64,000 nt of DNA from Candidatus Methanomethylophilaceae archaeon (GCA_050950505.1 JBMNHS010000001.1:640001-704000), one strand, 5' to 3'. Numbered from the stretch's first letter, positions 1-11,600 are shown. Notes: generated from the letters alone by a model not told the origin. Numbers and translations are program-made.

Positions 1-668
1 GAGCGGAAAAAAGAGGCGTAAAAGCCAGTTCCGAAATCATTCACGGAGTGCCTGCGGTGGATATCGTGAACAAAGCCAACGAAATCGGGGCAAGAGCAAT
101 CATCATGGGTTCTTTGGGAAGAACCGGACTTTCAAGGTTATTGGTGGGCAGCGTCGCCGAAAGAGTGATCAAACTTGCCTACGGACCGGTAATCATAGTC
201 CGCAAGCCCGAACATGAAGAAGGCCACAGAATGGAAAGGATGCTCATTGCCACCGATGGCAGCGAAGCCAATCAGTCCGCCGTGAGAATCGGACTCCGTC
301 TCGCGGCCCGTCTTCACATGAAAGTTTCCACCATAAGCATAAACGACATCAGGGATGTTCCCAGCACGAACGCTTCCGAAACCTGGGCGTTGCTCAATGA
401 CATAAGCAAGTCTGCCGTGGCCGACGTAATACATCAGGGACACAAGCTCGGAGTGAACGTGGATCCGATTATCGTGGACGGGGTTCCCCACAAGGAAATC
501 ACTGAACGTTCCGCGGATCACGACATAGTGGTGATAGGTTCACTCGGACGTTCCGGACTCTCCAAACTGAAAGTGGGAAGCGTCGCCGAGAAAGTCGTTC
601 GCTATTCAAAGTGTCCTGTGATGGTCGTTAGGGCAACGGATTGCTTCGTGCCCCTGGACCCGTTTTAA
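1..668 (+). CDS. Universal stress protein, tandem UspA domains (5'-truncated by window edge)
   Basis: Two USP signatures (IIMGSLGRTGLSRLLVGSVAERV; VVIGSLGRSGLSKLKVGSVAEKVVRYSKCPVMVV) and MLIATDGS; reading frame is open back to base 3. Confidence 0.93.
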   Translation, partial: AEKRGVKASSEIIHGVPAVDIVNKANEIGARAIIMGSLGRTGLSRLLVGSVAERVIKLAYGPVIIVRKPEHEEGHRMERMLIATDGSEANQSAVRIGLRLAARLHMKVSTISINDIRDVPSTNASETWALLNDISKSAVADVIHQGHKLGVNVDPIIVDGVPHKEITERSADHDIVVIGSLGRSGLSKLKVGSVAEKVVRYSKCPVMVVRATDCFVPLDPF

Positions 669-1084
669 CCGATTTGTTGTCGAGACCTGTATTTGAACCA
701 TCCTCTGGTGTTGTCAGTCATAAGGTAAATCAAGATCAACAGTTGGAACACGGCACCGAATATCATTCCCGAGACAAGTCCGGATATCAAAGACAGGACG
801 GTCATGACAACCGCAAACCACCAGCCCCACATTTTTCCGGAGAACAGCGCTCCGCCGATACTTGCGACTATCAGACCGAGTATGATAAAAATCACGCCAA
901 TCACGGTTGCGCCCATATCAAAAGAAAAATCCAGTTCTTCCATCAGACCCTCGGGCATTCCCATGATAACGGTCACGGCTCCGACCAACATCACGGATAC
1001 TCCGGCAATTATCTCCAAGACCGCGACAAGGGTCAGCAGGATCGGCCGTCTGTAAAATCTCTGATCATAGCTTCTGTCGTTCAT
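665..1084 (-). CDS. Small integral membrane protein (about 4 TM), function unknown
   Basis: RPILLTLVAVL start, four hydrophobic segments, WGWW motif. Confidence 0.8.
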   Translation of the reverse strand: MNDRSYDQRFYRRPILLTLVAVLEIIAGVSVMLVGAVTVIMGMPEGLMEELDFSFDMGATVIGVIFIILGLIVASIGGALFSGKMWGWWFAVVMTVLSLISGLVSGMIFGAVFQLLILIYLMTDNTRGWFKYRSRQQIG

Positions 1085-1390
1085 CAGAGGCTTATTGCAT
1101 TTGAAATATTAATTGATTCATTGTTTTGAATACTGCAAACGTGTTCTGTTCCGTATTCTGTGTCCTTTTTCTGGCCGGCAAGGATTTCCCATTTGGGCGT
1201 TGATAAAATAACTATTTATAGAAGTATTACTCAACTCCATATCAAGGGAGTCAAGGTGACCACCGTAAACGAAGATTTCGGAAGGGGACGGTGCCTCCGC
1301 GCCTCTTCGGTCACCTTCTCCAATTCTCCGTATGTTTTCCAAAGGGAGCGGGGCGCATCCGTCATGACGGGAACCTTCTCGAAGAAAACC

Positions 1391-1429
1391 TTTTTATCTG
1401 AAACAAGTTATTGACATATGTCAGAAACT
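1391..1429 (+). promoter_or_regulatory. Putative TATA box (TTTTTATC) plus 24-bp imperfect palindromic operator upstream of the DUF134 operon
   Basis: AGTTATTGACAT|ATGTCAGAAACT at 1406-1429 (10/12 arm match, perfect core TGACATATGTCA 1412-1423), just downstream of a purine-rich BRE-like tract and a TATA-like element. Confidence 0.6.
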
Positions 1430-1493
1430 ATGACACTTCGAACCGTACGCCGACAGGTTGCGGAAAGAAACAATCAACGAAGAGGAACAACCG

Positions 1494-1880
1494 ATGTCAC
1501 GTCCCAAAAAATGGAGAAACGTCTGCCGTTTGCCCTGCAACATGCATTACGGCCCTTTGGACGAGATTCCCGAAACCCGGGAAGCCATTATCATGACCGT
1601 CGAGGAGTATGAAACCATACGCCTGATAGATCACATGGGGTTGATTCAGGAAGAATGCGCCGAACGCATGGAAGTCGCAAGGACCACCGTGCAGAGCATT
1701 TACAGCGACGCCAGGAAAAAAATTGCGGATTCACTGGTCTCGGGTTCCCCGCTGGTCATAGAAGGCGGCCGTTACAAAGTATGCGAACACAGCGAAGGCT
1801 GTCAAAGACGCAAATCCTGCAGACGCAGGGCGCATGAACAAAATGAAAACGATTCAAAAGCAGAAGAGGCGAAATTATGA
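1494..1880 (+). CDS. DUF134 (UPF0251) HTH DNA-binding protein
   Basis: [11 protein letters not shown]...[54 protein letters not shown]; ATG at 1494 after GAGGA. Confidence 0.9.
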   Translation: MSRPKKWRNVCRLPCNMHYGPLDEIPETREAIIMTVEEYETIRLIDHMGLIQEECAERMEVARTTVQSIYSDARKKIADSLVSGSPLVIEGGRYKVCEHSEGCQRRKSCRRRAHEQNENDSKAEEAKL

Positions 1881-2242
1881 AAATTGCAGTACCAGTCATC
1901 AATGATTCAGACAATCCGGAAATAGCTCAACAGCTCGGAAGGGCACCGTTTTACATGGTGTACGACACCGAGGCGAAGACCTCCGAAAAGATCGTCAATC
2001 CCGCTCAGGACAGTCCGTCCGGCGCCGGCGTGAAAGCCGCTCAGACCATAGTCAACACAGGATCAGCGGTTTTGCTGACGATAAGATGCGGCGACAAAGC
2101 ATACGAGGTTCTGAACGGAGCCGGCGTGAAGGTTATGGAGGCCTTTGTCGGATCCGCAATGGACAACATTAACGCATACGAGGAAGGAAAGATGTCCGAA
2201 TTGGAAACGATTCATTCCGGACATCACGGAAAAGGGGCCTGA
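1877..2242 (+). CDS. NifB/NifX-family (dinitrogenase FeMo-cofactor-binding-like) protein
   Basis: MKIAVP...[11 protein letters not shown]...NP....GAGVKAAQ...[14 protein letters not shown]; His-rich tail. Confidence 0.88.
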   Translation: MKIAVPVINDSDNPEIAQQLGRAPFYMVYDTEAKTSEKIVNPAQDSPSGAGVKAAQTIVNTGSAVLLTIRCGDKAYEVLNGAGVKVMEAFVGSAMDNINAYEEGKMSELETIHSGHHGKGA

Positions 2243-2246
2243 TGTC

Positions 2247-3083
2247 ATGAACATCGCGGTGCTCAGCGGCAAGGGCGGCACCGGCAAGACGATGGTATCG
2301 GTCAATCTTGCAACCGTGGCCGGACCCTCCGTTTACATCGACTGTGATGTGGAAGAACCGAACGGTCATCTGTATCTCCGACCCGAGGACGTCGAACGGG
2401 AAGCCGTCGACGTCCTTGTCCCCAAATCGGATCCCGATAAGTGCGACGGATGCATGAGGTGCGTGGAGTTTTGCAGGTTCAACGCACTGGCATACACTTT
2501 GGACAGACTCACGGTGTTCACGGAAATGTGTCATTCCTGCGGAGGATGCAAAGTCATCTGTCCGAAGGATGCCATAACGGAATACCCACGGACGATAGGA
2601 TATGTGGAATCCGGCAAATCGGACAATGTTAAAATTCATACCGGAATCATGAACATCGGCGAAGTGGCCGGAATTCCGATAATAAACAGATTGTTGGAAA
2701 AGATCCCGGAGTCCGGAAATGTGTTCATTGACTGCCCTCCGGGCAGTTCCTGTTCGGTCATGGAAAGCATCAAGGACGCGGATTTCTGCGTACTTGTTTC
2801 CGAACCCACGGTGTTCGGGGCCCACAATCTCAACATGGTCACGGAATTGGTGACGGTGTTCGGAAAACCTTTCGGAGTCATACTGAACAAAGACATAGAA
2901 GGAGAAAGAAACCCCTCGGAAGAATACTGCATTGAAAACAATCTGAAAATTCTGGGAAGAATTCCTTTTGATAAAGAATTGGGACTGCTTAGTTCGGAAG
3001 CCGTAATCGCAGCACGCGAAAATCCGAAGTTCAGAAATCTGTTCACCGAAATATTCAACAATATCAGAGAGGCGGCCTTATGA
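2247..3083 (+). CDS. MinD/ParA-like P-loop ATPase with 2x[4Fe-4S] ferredoxin insert
   Basis: MNIAVLSGKGGTGKT, DCDVEEPN, CDGCMRCVEFC, CHSCGGCKVICP, IDCPPG; ATG at 2247. Confidence 0.92.
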   Translation: MNIAVLSGKGGTGKTMVSVNLATVAGPSVYIDCDVEEPNGHLYLRPEDVEREAVDVLVPKSDPDKCDGCMRCVEFCRFNALAYTLDRLTVFTEMCHSCGGCKVICPKDAITEYPRTIGYVESGKSDNVKIHTGIMNIGEVAGIPIINRLLEKIPESGNVFIDCPPGSSCSVMESIKDADFCVLVSEPTVFGAHNLNMVTELVTVFGKPFGVILNKDIEGERNPSEEYCIENNLKILGRIPFDKELGLLSSEAVIAARENPKFRNLFTEIFNNIREAAL

Positions 3084-3958
3084 AACAACTGCTGATTCTC
3101 AGCGGAAAGGGTGGTACGGGAAAAACAACGGTCGCCGGTGCGATAATCCGTCTGGCACAGGTCCTTGCCTGTGCCGACTGTGACGTGGATGCACCCAACC
3201 TGCATCTGATACTGAATCATGAGGGGGACGGGGAAAGAAAGGATTATTTCGGACTTCCAAAAGCATTCATCGATCAGAACGCCTGCACCATGTGCGGCCG
3301 GTGTTCGGAGATGTGCCGTTTCAACGCCGTGGATGTGGGAGAATGCACGGTTGTCAACGGTTTCGCCTGCGAAGGCTGCGGACTCTGCGAAGCAATCTGT
3401 CCGGAGAACGCGATTGAAATGCAGGCGGTTGCGGCGGGAGATCTCAGATTGTTCAAAGATGAAGAGAAAGGAGTGTTCTCCACCGCCCAGCTCAGAATGG
3501 GCAACGGAACGTCGGGGCTGTTGGTGACTCAGGTCAAAAATCAACTGAAAAACGCAGCGGCGCACCTGGGATTTGCGGTGATAGACGGTTCTCCCGGCAT
3601 CGGATGTCCCGTCATAGCATCACTCTCCGGAGCGGACATGGTGCTCGTGGTGACTGAACCGTCCATGTCGGGATTCAGCGACATGGAAAGAATCCTGGAT
3701 ACTGCAAAAGGACTCAGGGCGGATACGGCGGTATGCGTCAACAAAGCCGACCTCAATCCGAAAATAACGGAAAAAATAAAAATCCGTTGCGAAGAGAGGA
3801 ACGTGCCTTATGTCGGGGAAATCCCTTACGATTCCATTGCCGTCAAAGCCGTCAACGACGGCCTGACCGTGGCGGACGTGAAATGTCCCGCGGGCGATGC
3901 GGTCCGTGATATATTCCATAACGTAATGGAAGTCTTCGACGGGAGGCGCCGAGTATGA
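3080..3958 (+). CDS. MinD/ParA-like P-loop ATPase with 2x[4Fe-4S] insert (paralog of upstream gene)
   Basis: LSGKGGTGKTT, DCDVDAPNL, CTMCGRCSEMC, CEGCGLCEAICP, IDGSPGIGCP. Confidence 0.92.
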   Translation: MKQLLILSGKGGTGKTTVAGAIIRLAQVLACADCDVDAPNLHLILNHEGDGERKDYFGLPKAFIDQNACTMCGRCSEMCRFNAVDVGECTVVNGFACEGCGLCEAICPENAIEMQAVAAGDLRLFKDEEKGVFSTAQLRMGNGTSGLLVTQVKNQLKNAAAHLGFAVIDGSPGIGCPVIASLSGADMVLVVTEPSMSGFSDMERILDTAKGLRADTAVCVNKADLNPKITEKIKIRCEERNVPYVGEIPYDSIAVKAVNDGLTVADVKCPAGDAVRDIFHNVMEVFDGRRRV

Positions 3959-4773
3959 AAGTATACGTATTGGTTGACAACACATCTGTCCCCGGAGGCC
4001 CCGAAGGGGAACACGGACTCAGTTTGTTCATTGAATCCGGAAAACACAAGATAGTGTTCGATACGGGTCAGGGCGAAAGATTCCTCCGTAATGCGGAAAA
4101 GATGAACGTCAATCTTTCCGACGCACAGGCCGCCGTCATATCCCACGGTCATTACGATCACGGAGGCGGAATTGAACATTTTATCGAAATAAACAAAACT
4201 GCCCCGGTTTACGTCCACAGGGACGCCTTCAAGCCCCATCTGGCATTCAGAGGCGGAAAATACACGGACATAGGAATCAATCCGGATTTGAAGAACAATG
4301 CCCGGACGGTACTTACCGACGGCATCACGGAAATCGCGGAAGAATTGATTCTTTTCAGCGGAACGGAGAACAGGTATCCTCTTCCCCCGGGCAATGAAAA
4401 TCTGTTGACGGGACCGACAGAAAACCCATATCCGGACAAATTCGAACATGAGCAGAATCTGATAATCAAGGAAGACGGAAAAACCGTCCTGATTACCGGA
4501 TGCTCCCATCGCGGAATCGCAAACATAGTCACCGGAGCCAAGGAAATTCTCGGAAAGTTTCCGGATATTGTAATCGGAGGATTCCATCTCCGTGCAAGAC
4601 CGGGAAACAAAGAGGATTTATCCCACATCCGCAGGACCTCCGAGGTTCTTTCGGAGACAGGAGCCAAATTCTACACGGGCCATTGCACCGAAGAATCGGC
4701 TTATGAAACAATGAAAGAAGTATTGAAAGAAAACATTGGAAAAATGGGAACCGGGAACATACTGGTACCTTAA
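3955..4773 (+). CDS. MBL-fold metallo-hydrolase
   Basis: EHGLSLFIE, FDTG, SHGHYDHGGG, TGCSHRG, GGFH, GHCT. Confidence 0.9.
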   Translation: MKVYVLVDNTSVPGGPEGEHGLSLFIESGKHKIVFDTGQGERFLRNAEKMNVNLSDAQAAVISHGHYDHGGGIEHFIEINKTAPVYVHRDAFKPHLAFRGGKYTDIGINPDLKNNARTVLTDGITEIAEELILFSGTENRYPLPPGNENLLTGPTENPYPDKFEHEQNLIIKEDGKTVLITGCSHRGIANIVTGAKEILGKFPDIVIGGFHLRARPGNKEDLSHIRRTSEVLSETGAKFYTGHCTEESAYETMKEVLKENIGKMGTGNILVP

Positions 4774-4825
4774 AACTTATTAAAAAACAAAAAATCAAAC
4801 CCATAGAGAGACAAGGAGAAAAAAA

Positions 4826-5182
4826 ATGAGAATATTTGTGGCAAGCGACGGAGAACAGGTGACCCAGCATTTCGGTCACTGCAGATACTTCAGGGCGTAC
4901 GACGCAGAGAACAACACCATCGTGGATTCCAGGGTTATAGAAAATCCCGGACACAAACCCGGATTCCTTCCGGTGTTTCTGAAGGAACACGGTGCGGACG
5001 TAATCATATCGGGAGGTATGGGCGCGGCGGCAATCGATCTGTTCAATCAGAACGGAATAGAAGTGATCGTAGGAGCCTCAGGGGATGCCAAAGCGGCGGC
5101 GGAAGCCTTTTTGGCCGGAGATTTGGAATCCACCGGTGATGTATGCAGAGAGCATATGCATCACGACGAATGCGGTCACTGA
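4826..5182 (+). CDS. NifB/NifX-family protein
   Basis: QHFGHC..F, NPGHKPGFLPVFL, ISGGMG..A; CREHMHHDECGH tail. Confidence 0.9.
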   Translation: MRIFVASDGEQVTQHFGHCRYFRAYDAENNTIVDSRVIENPGHKPGFLPVFLKEHGADVIISGGMGAAAIDLFNQNGIEVIVGASGDAKAAAEAFLAGDLESTGDVCREHMHHDECGH

Positions 5183-5690
5183 ACGAAAAATAAAACCATG
5201 ACACAATGCACAGTGCGGATCGGAAGCCTGATGATTTTTACGTCATCGGACATCCGCCGCACCGTGCACAATTCCATAGTCGGTGTTTCGGCACAGAACC
5301 AACTCGACAGTGTCGACGGTGCACACTTCTTGCCGATGCACCATAAAAGCAAACCACCGGTCACCGTAATTTGAAACAATCGGGAAATTTCATGATTTCC
5401 AAAGAAACACGGCTCAGACGCATCCGTTTTTGAGAACCTCAATCCATTGTGCGCATTCCGTGAATATACCCCCTCATTCCGAGAATAAGATATAAAAATG
5501 AAAATGTATACATACATGCGGCCGTACGATTCGACGACCATGTTCGGGATGTTTCACATTCTGAATAAAGGCAATCGATGCGACGGTTCCGATAAACGAT
5601 ATATATATAGATACAGCAGTCATTAAATTTGCGTCGGAGATTGTTTTGGAAGCATAACTACAATAAGGTTGTTTCAAAAAGGGGTCAGTA

Positions 5691-8600
5691 ATGGAAAGGT
5701 TGGATAAATTAGGACTCGGGATATGGTTCGTATCACTGTTGCTCGTATCGGCAATGGTAGTGCTGGACGGCACAGACGAAGATTCGGACCCGGAAGATCC
5801 CATCGAATATCCGGTCGTCGGAGGCAACGGAGGCATATGGGACAGACCCTTTGATGAATTCATTGTAACTATAAAGGCGGATTGTTCAAAATTCACGGGC
5901 TTAAAAATCAACGGATTTCCGGTTGATGAATCCAATTATACCATATCGTCAGGAAGCGCAGTAATCACCCTGAAACCCGATTATCTCCGGACGCTCAGTG
6001 ACGGGACGCATTCTTTGGAATTTTTGTTCAATGACGGAAACGCATCCATGACTTTGACGGTATCCGTCGAGGCTAAAATATTGAAAATCGAGGAACTTGA
6101 ATCGCTCCTCGCCGATTACGACAAAGACGATTACAGCGAAGAGGACTGGACGTCTCTGGTTGATTTCATAACCGCGGCGAAACTGGAAATCGTAAATCTC
6201 GAAGACGTATCGGAAGTGGAAACATTCGACATCGGTAATGTAAAGACCGAATGCGACGACGTAAGAACATTGGCGGAAATAAAGGAATCCTTTTTGGACG
6301 AGTTGCAGAACAGGATTGACGGGCTGAACGGAACCGATGGTTTCAACATCACTTTGAACGGCGAAGATCTGACGGTGGAATCGGAAAATACCGCGGATGT
6401 TCCGGACATTCTTGATGCAATATCGGATTTGGCCGACATATTGGAGAATCTTTTCGGTACGAATGCCAAGCTGACCGTCAACGGCAAAGATTTTATTCTG
6501 GGCGATGTGAACCTTACAGAACTGGCCGAGGCACTTCTTGAAGATTCGGACGACGGTCTTCCGGACGGAAAAGAAATCGACGCCGAATACGCAGTATCCG
6601 TCCGATATGAAAACGTCAATATCGGTCTCAATGGCATTCTGAGTCTTTACGCCATTTGGAACATCAACCAGTACACCATAACATTTGACACCGACGGAGG
6701 TTCTTCCGTCGACTCCATCAAACAGGATTACGGCACGTCGGTGAAGGCTCCGGCAGGCCCGACCAGAACTGGATACTCCTTCGCGGGCTGGAACCCGGCG
6801 ATTCCGGAAACCATGCCGGCGGAGAACATCACGATAACCGCACAATGGTCGGTCAACCAATACACCATAACCTTCGATTCCGCAGGAGGAACCGACGTCG
6901 ATCCCATCAAACAGGATTACGGCACGTCGGTGAAGGCTCCGGCAGACCCGACCAGAACTGGATACACCTTCGCGGGCTGGAACCCGGCGATTCCGGAAAC
7001 CATGCCGGCGGAGAACATCACGATAACCGCAGAATGGTCGATCAACCAATACACCATAACCTTCGATTCCGCAGGAGGAACCGACGTCGATCCCATCAAA
7101 CAGGATTACGGCACGTCGGTGACGGCTCCGGCAGACCCGACCAGAACGGGATACACCTTCGTGGAATGGGATACGGAAATACCGGCAAAGATGCCCGCGA
7201 CGGACATGACCGTAACCGCAGTCTGGAAAATTAACCAATATACCATAACCTTCGATAACAACGGAGGCGCCGGAACGATACCTGCGGTTGATAAGGACTT
7301 CGAAGAGACCGTCACTGTCCCGGCCTACGGATTCACCAAGATTGGATATACTCAGATCGGCTGGAACACCGCCGCCGACGGCTCGGGAACGTCTTACGAA
7401 AAGGACGGAACCTTCGACATGCCCGCAGACGACATCACACTGTATGCCGTCTGGAAAATCAACCAATACACCATAACCTTCGATTCCGCAGGAGGAACCG
7501 ACGTCGACTCCATCGAACAGGATTACGGCACGTCGGTGACGGCTCCGGCAGACCCGACCAGAACGGGATACACCTTCGTGGAATGGGATACGGAAATACC
7601 GGCAAAGATGCCCGCGACGGACATGACCGTAACCGCAGTCTGGAAAATTAACCAATATACCATAACCTTCGATAACAACGGAGGCGCCGGAACGATACCT
7701 GCGGTTGATAAGGACTTCGAAGAGACCGTCACTGTCCCGGCCTACGGATTCACCAAGATTGGATATACTCAGATCGGCTGGAACACCGCCGCCGACGGCT
7801 CGGGAACGTCTTACGAAAAGGACGGAACCTTCGACATGCCCGCAGACGACATCACACTGTATGCCGTCTGGAAAATCAACCGGTACACCATAACCTTCGA
7901 TTCCGCAGGAGGAACCGACGTCGATCCCATCAAACAGGATTACGGCACGTCGGTGACGGCTCCGGCAGACCCGACCAGAACGGGATACACCTTCGTGGAA
8001 TGGGATACGGAAATACCGGCAAAGATGCCCGCGACGGACATGACCGTAACCGCAGTCTGGAAAATTAACCAATATACCATAACCTTCGATAACAACGGAG
8101 GCGCCGGAACGATACCTGCGGTTGATAAGGACTTCGAAGAGACCGTCACTGTCCCGGCCTACGGATTCACCAAGATTGGATATACTCAGATCGGCTGGAA
8201 CACCGCCGCCGACGGCTCGGGAACGTCTTACGAAAAGGACGGAACCTTCGACATGCCCGCAGACGACATCACACTGTATGCCGTCTGGAAAATCAACCGG
8301 TACACCATAACCTTCGATTCCGCAGGAGGAACCGACGTCGACTCCATCGAACAGGATTACGGCACGTCGGTGACGGCTCCGGCAGACCCGACCAGAACGG
8401 GATACACCTTCGTGGAATGGGATACGGAAATACCGGCAAAGATGCCCGCGACGGACATGACCGTAACCGCAGTCTGGAAAATTAACCAATATACCATAAC
8501 CTTCGATAACAACGGAGGCGCCGGAACGATACCTGCGGTTGATAAGGACTTCGAAGAGACCGTCACTGTCCCGGCCTACGGATTCACCAAGATTGGATAT

Positions 8601-11600
8601 ACTCAGATCGGCTGGAACACCGCCGCCGACGGCTCGGGAACGTCTTACGAAAAGGACGGAACCTTCGACATGCCCGCAGACGACATCACACTGTATGCCG
8701 TCTGGAAAATCAACCAATACACCATAACCTTCGATTCCGCAGGAGGAACCGACGTCGACTCCATCGAACAGGATTACGACACGTCGGTGACGGCTCCGGC
8801 AGACCCGACCAGAACGGGATACACCTTCGTGGAATGGGATACGGAAATACCGGCAAAGATGCCCGCGACGGACATGACCGTAACCGCAGTCTGGAAAATT
8901 AACCAATATACCATAACCTTCGATAACAACGGAGGCGCCGGAACGATACCTGCGGTTGATAAGGACTTCGAAGAGACCGTCACTGTCCCGGCCTACGGAT
9001 TCACCAAGATTGGATATACTCAGATCGGCTGGAACACCGCCGCCGACGGCTCGGGAACGTCTTACGAAAAGGACGGAACCTTCGACATGCCCGCAGACGA
9101 CATCACACTGTATGCCGTCTGGAAAATCAACCGGTACACCATAACCTTCGATTCCGCAGGAGGAACCGACGTCGATCCCATCAAACAGGATTACGGCACG
9201 TCGGTGACGGCTCCGGCAGACCCGACCAGAACGGGATACACCTTCGTGGAATGGGATACGGAAATACCGGCAAAGATGCCCGCGACGGACATGACCGTAA
9301 CCGCAGTCTGGAAAATTAACCAATATACCATAACCTTCGATAACAACGGAGGCGCCGGAACGATACCTGCGGTTGATAAGGACTTCGAAGAGACCGTCAC
9401 TGTCCCGGCCTACGGATTCACCAAGATTGGATATACTCAGATCGGCTGGAACACCGCCGCCGACGGCTCGGGAACGTCTTACGAAAAGGACGGAACCTTC
9501 GACATGCCCGCAGACGACATCACACTGTATGCCGTCTGGAAAATCAACCGGTACACCATAACCTTCGATTCCGCAGGAGGAACCGACGTCGACTCCATCG
9601 AACAGGATTACGGCACGTCGGTGACGGCTCCGGCAGACCCGACCAGAACGGGATACACCTTCGTGGAATGGGATACGGAAATACCGGCAAAGATGCCCGC
9701 GACGGACATGACCGTAACCGCAGTCTGGAAAATTAACCAATATACCATAACCTTCGATAACAACGGAGGCGCCGGAACGATACCTGCGGTTGATAAGGAC
9801 TTCGAAGAGACCGTCACTGTCCCGGCCTACGGATTCACCAAGATTGGATATACTCAGATCGGCTGGAACACCGCCGCCGACGGCTCGGGAACGTCTTACG
9901 AAAAGGACGGAACCTTCGACATGCCCGCAGACGACATCACACTGTATGCCGTCTGGAAAATCAACCGGTACACCATAACCTTCGATTCCGCAGGAGGAAC
10001 CGACGTCGACTCCATCGAACAGGATTACGGCACGTCGGTGACGGCTCCGGCAGACCCGACCAGAACGGGATACACCTTCGTGGAATGGGATACGGAAATA
10101 CCGGCAAAGATGCCCGCGACGGACATGACCGTAACCGCAGTCTGGAAAATTAACCAATATACCATAACCTTCGATAACAACGGAGGCGCCGGAACGATAC
10201 CTGCGGTTGATAAGGACTTCGAAGAGACCGTCACTGTCCCGGCCTACGGATTCACCAAGATTGGATATACTCAGATCGGCTGGAACACCGCCGCCGACGG
10301 CTCGGGAACGTCTTACGAAAAGGACGGAACCTTCGACATGCCCGCAGACGACATCACACTGTATGCCGTCTGGAAAATCAACCAATACACCATAACCTTC
10401 GATTCCGCAGGAGGAACCGACGTCGACTCCATCGAACAGGATTACGACACGTCGGTGACGGCTCCGGCAGACCCGACCAGAGAAGGATTTGTTTTCATGG
10501 GATGGAATCAGACGGTACCTGAAATCATGCCCGCTGAGAACTTGGAGCTCCTTGCTATTTGGGAATATCCGATTGTCGGCGGTAAAGAAGGTATGTGGAA
10601 CAAACCCCTTAATGAATTCACTGTAACCGTGGAAGCGGATTATTCGAAATTCACAGGTCTGAAAATCGATGGAAATCCGGTCGATGAATCAAACTATTCC
10701 GTAGTATCCGGAAGTACCATAGTCACACTCAACCTCGATTATCTCTGGACACTTGGCGACGGGGAGTACGACATAGATATTTTATTCGATGATGGAAACG
10801 CGTCCATGATTTTGACGGTATTCGCAGATGCTAAAATCTTGAAGATTAAAGAACTTGACACACTTCTCGCCAAATACGATGAAAATGATTACGGGGAAAT
10901 CTACTGGACCGCTTTGTTAGAGTATGTAATGTCTGCGAAGGAAGAAATCTCAAATCTTGATGATATTGAGAAAGTGGAAAACTATGATACCAATGCCGTA
11001 GAGGGTAATTGTGACGACGTAAAGACTTTGGCGGAACTCAAAGGATCTTTTTTGGCTGCGTTGCAGGACGAGATAACCATACTGAATGGAACCGACGGCA
11101 TCCACGTTGCCTTGGTCGATGAAAACATAACTGTCAAGATTAAAGACAATGTATCTATTTCGGTGGTTTTTAATGCGGCATCTGAGATGGTCAACGCATT
11201 AAAGAACATCGTCGGTAACGACAGCACCTTGACAATCAACGGACAGGAATTCACACTTTACGATGATGGGTTGCTCCCGGCTCTGGTTACCGCAATTCTT
11301 AACGAAACGACACCCGAAGAATTCCTGGACAAAGGAGATCCCGTGTCCGTTGGTTATGCCGCCAATATTGCGTACGAAGATGCAAACATAACTCTCGACG
11401 GTTGCTTGAACTTTAAAGCAGTCGGAACAAGAGAGATGCTGTTGATAACACTGCAGACCAAAATAGACGAGCTGAACAAAACCGAAGGCATCAACGTTAT
11501 TTTGAATGTTGAAGATGCGGCGGTGGACATAGCGGTGGAGTTTGACGACAACGTACCGATTCCCGTCGTCCTTAATGCGGCATCCAATCTGGTTGAAATA

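Noticed and set aside
5949-10385. 1478-aa antisense ORF opposite the adhesin repeats
   Set aside because: Shadow frame: one stop-free antisense repeat unit multiplied by the array; Arg/Val/Gly-rich composition with no recognisable domain.
7041-10481. Possible CRISPR array or DGR template/variable repeats
   Set aside because: Units are contiguous in-frame 417-bp coding repeats with no spacers; differences are not adenine-specific; no cas or reverse transcriptase gene in the window.
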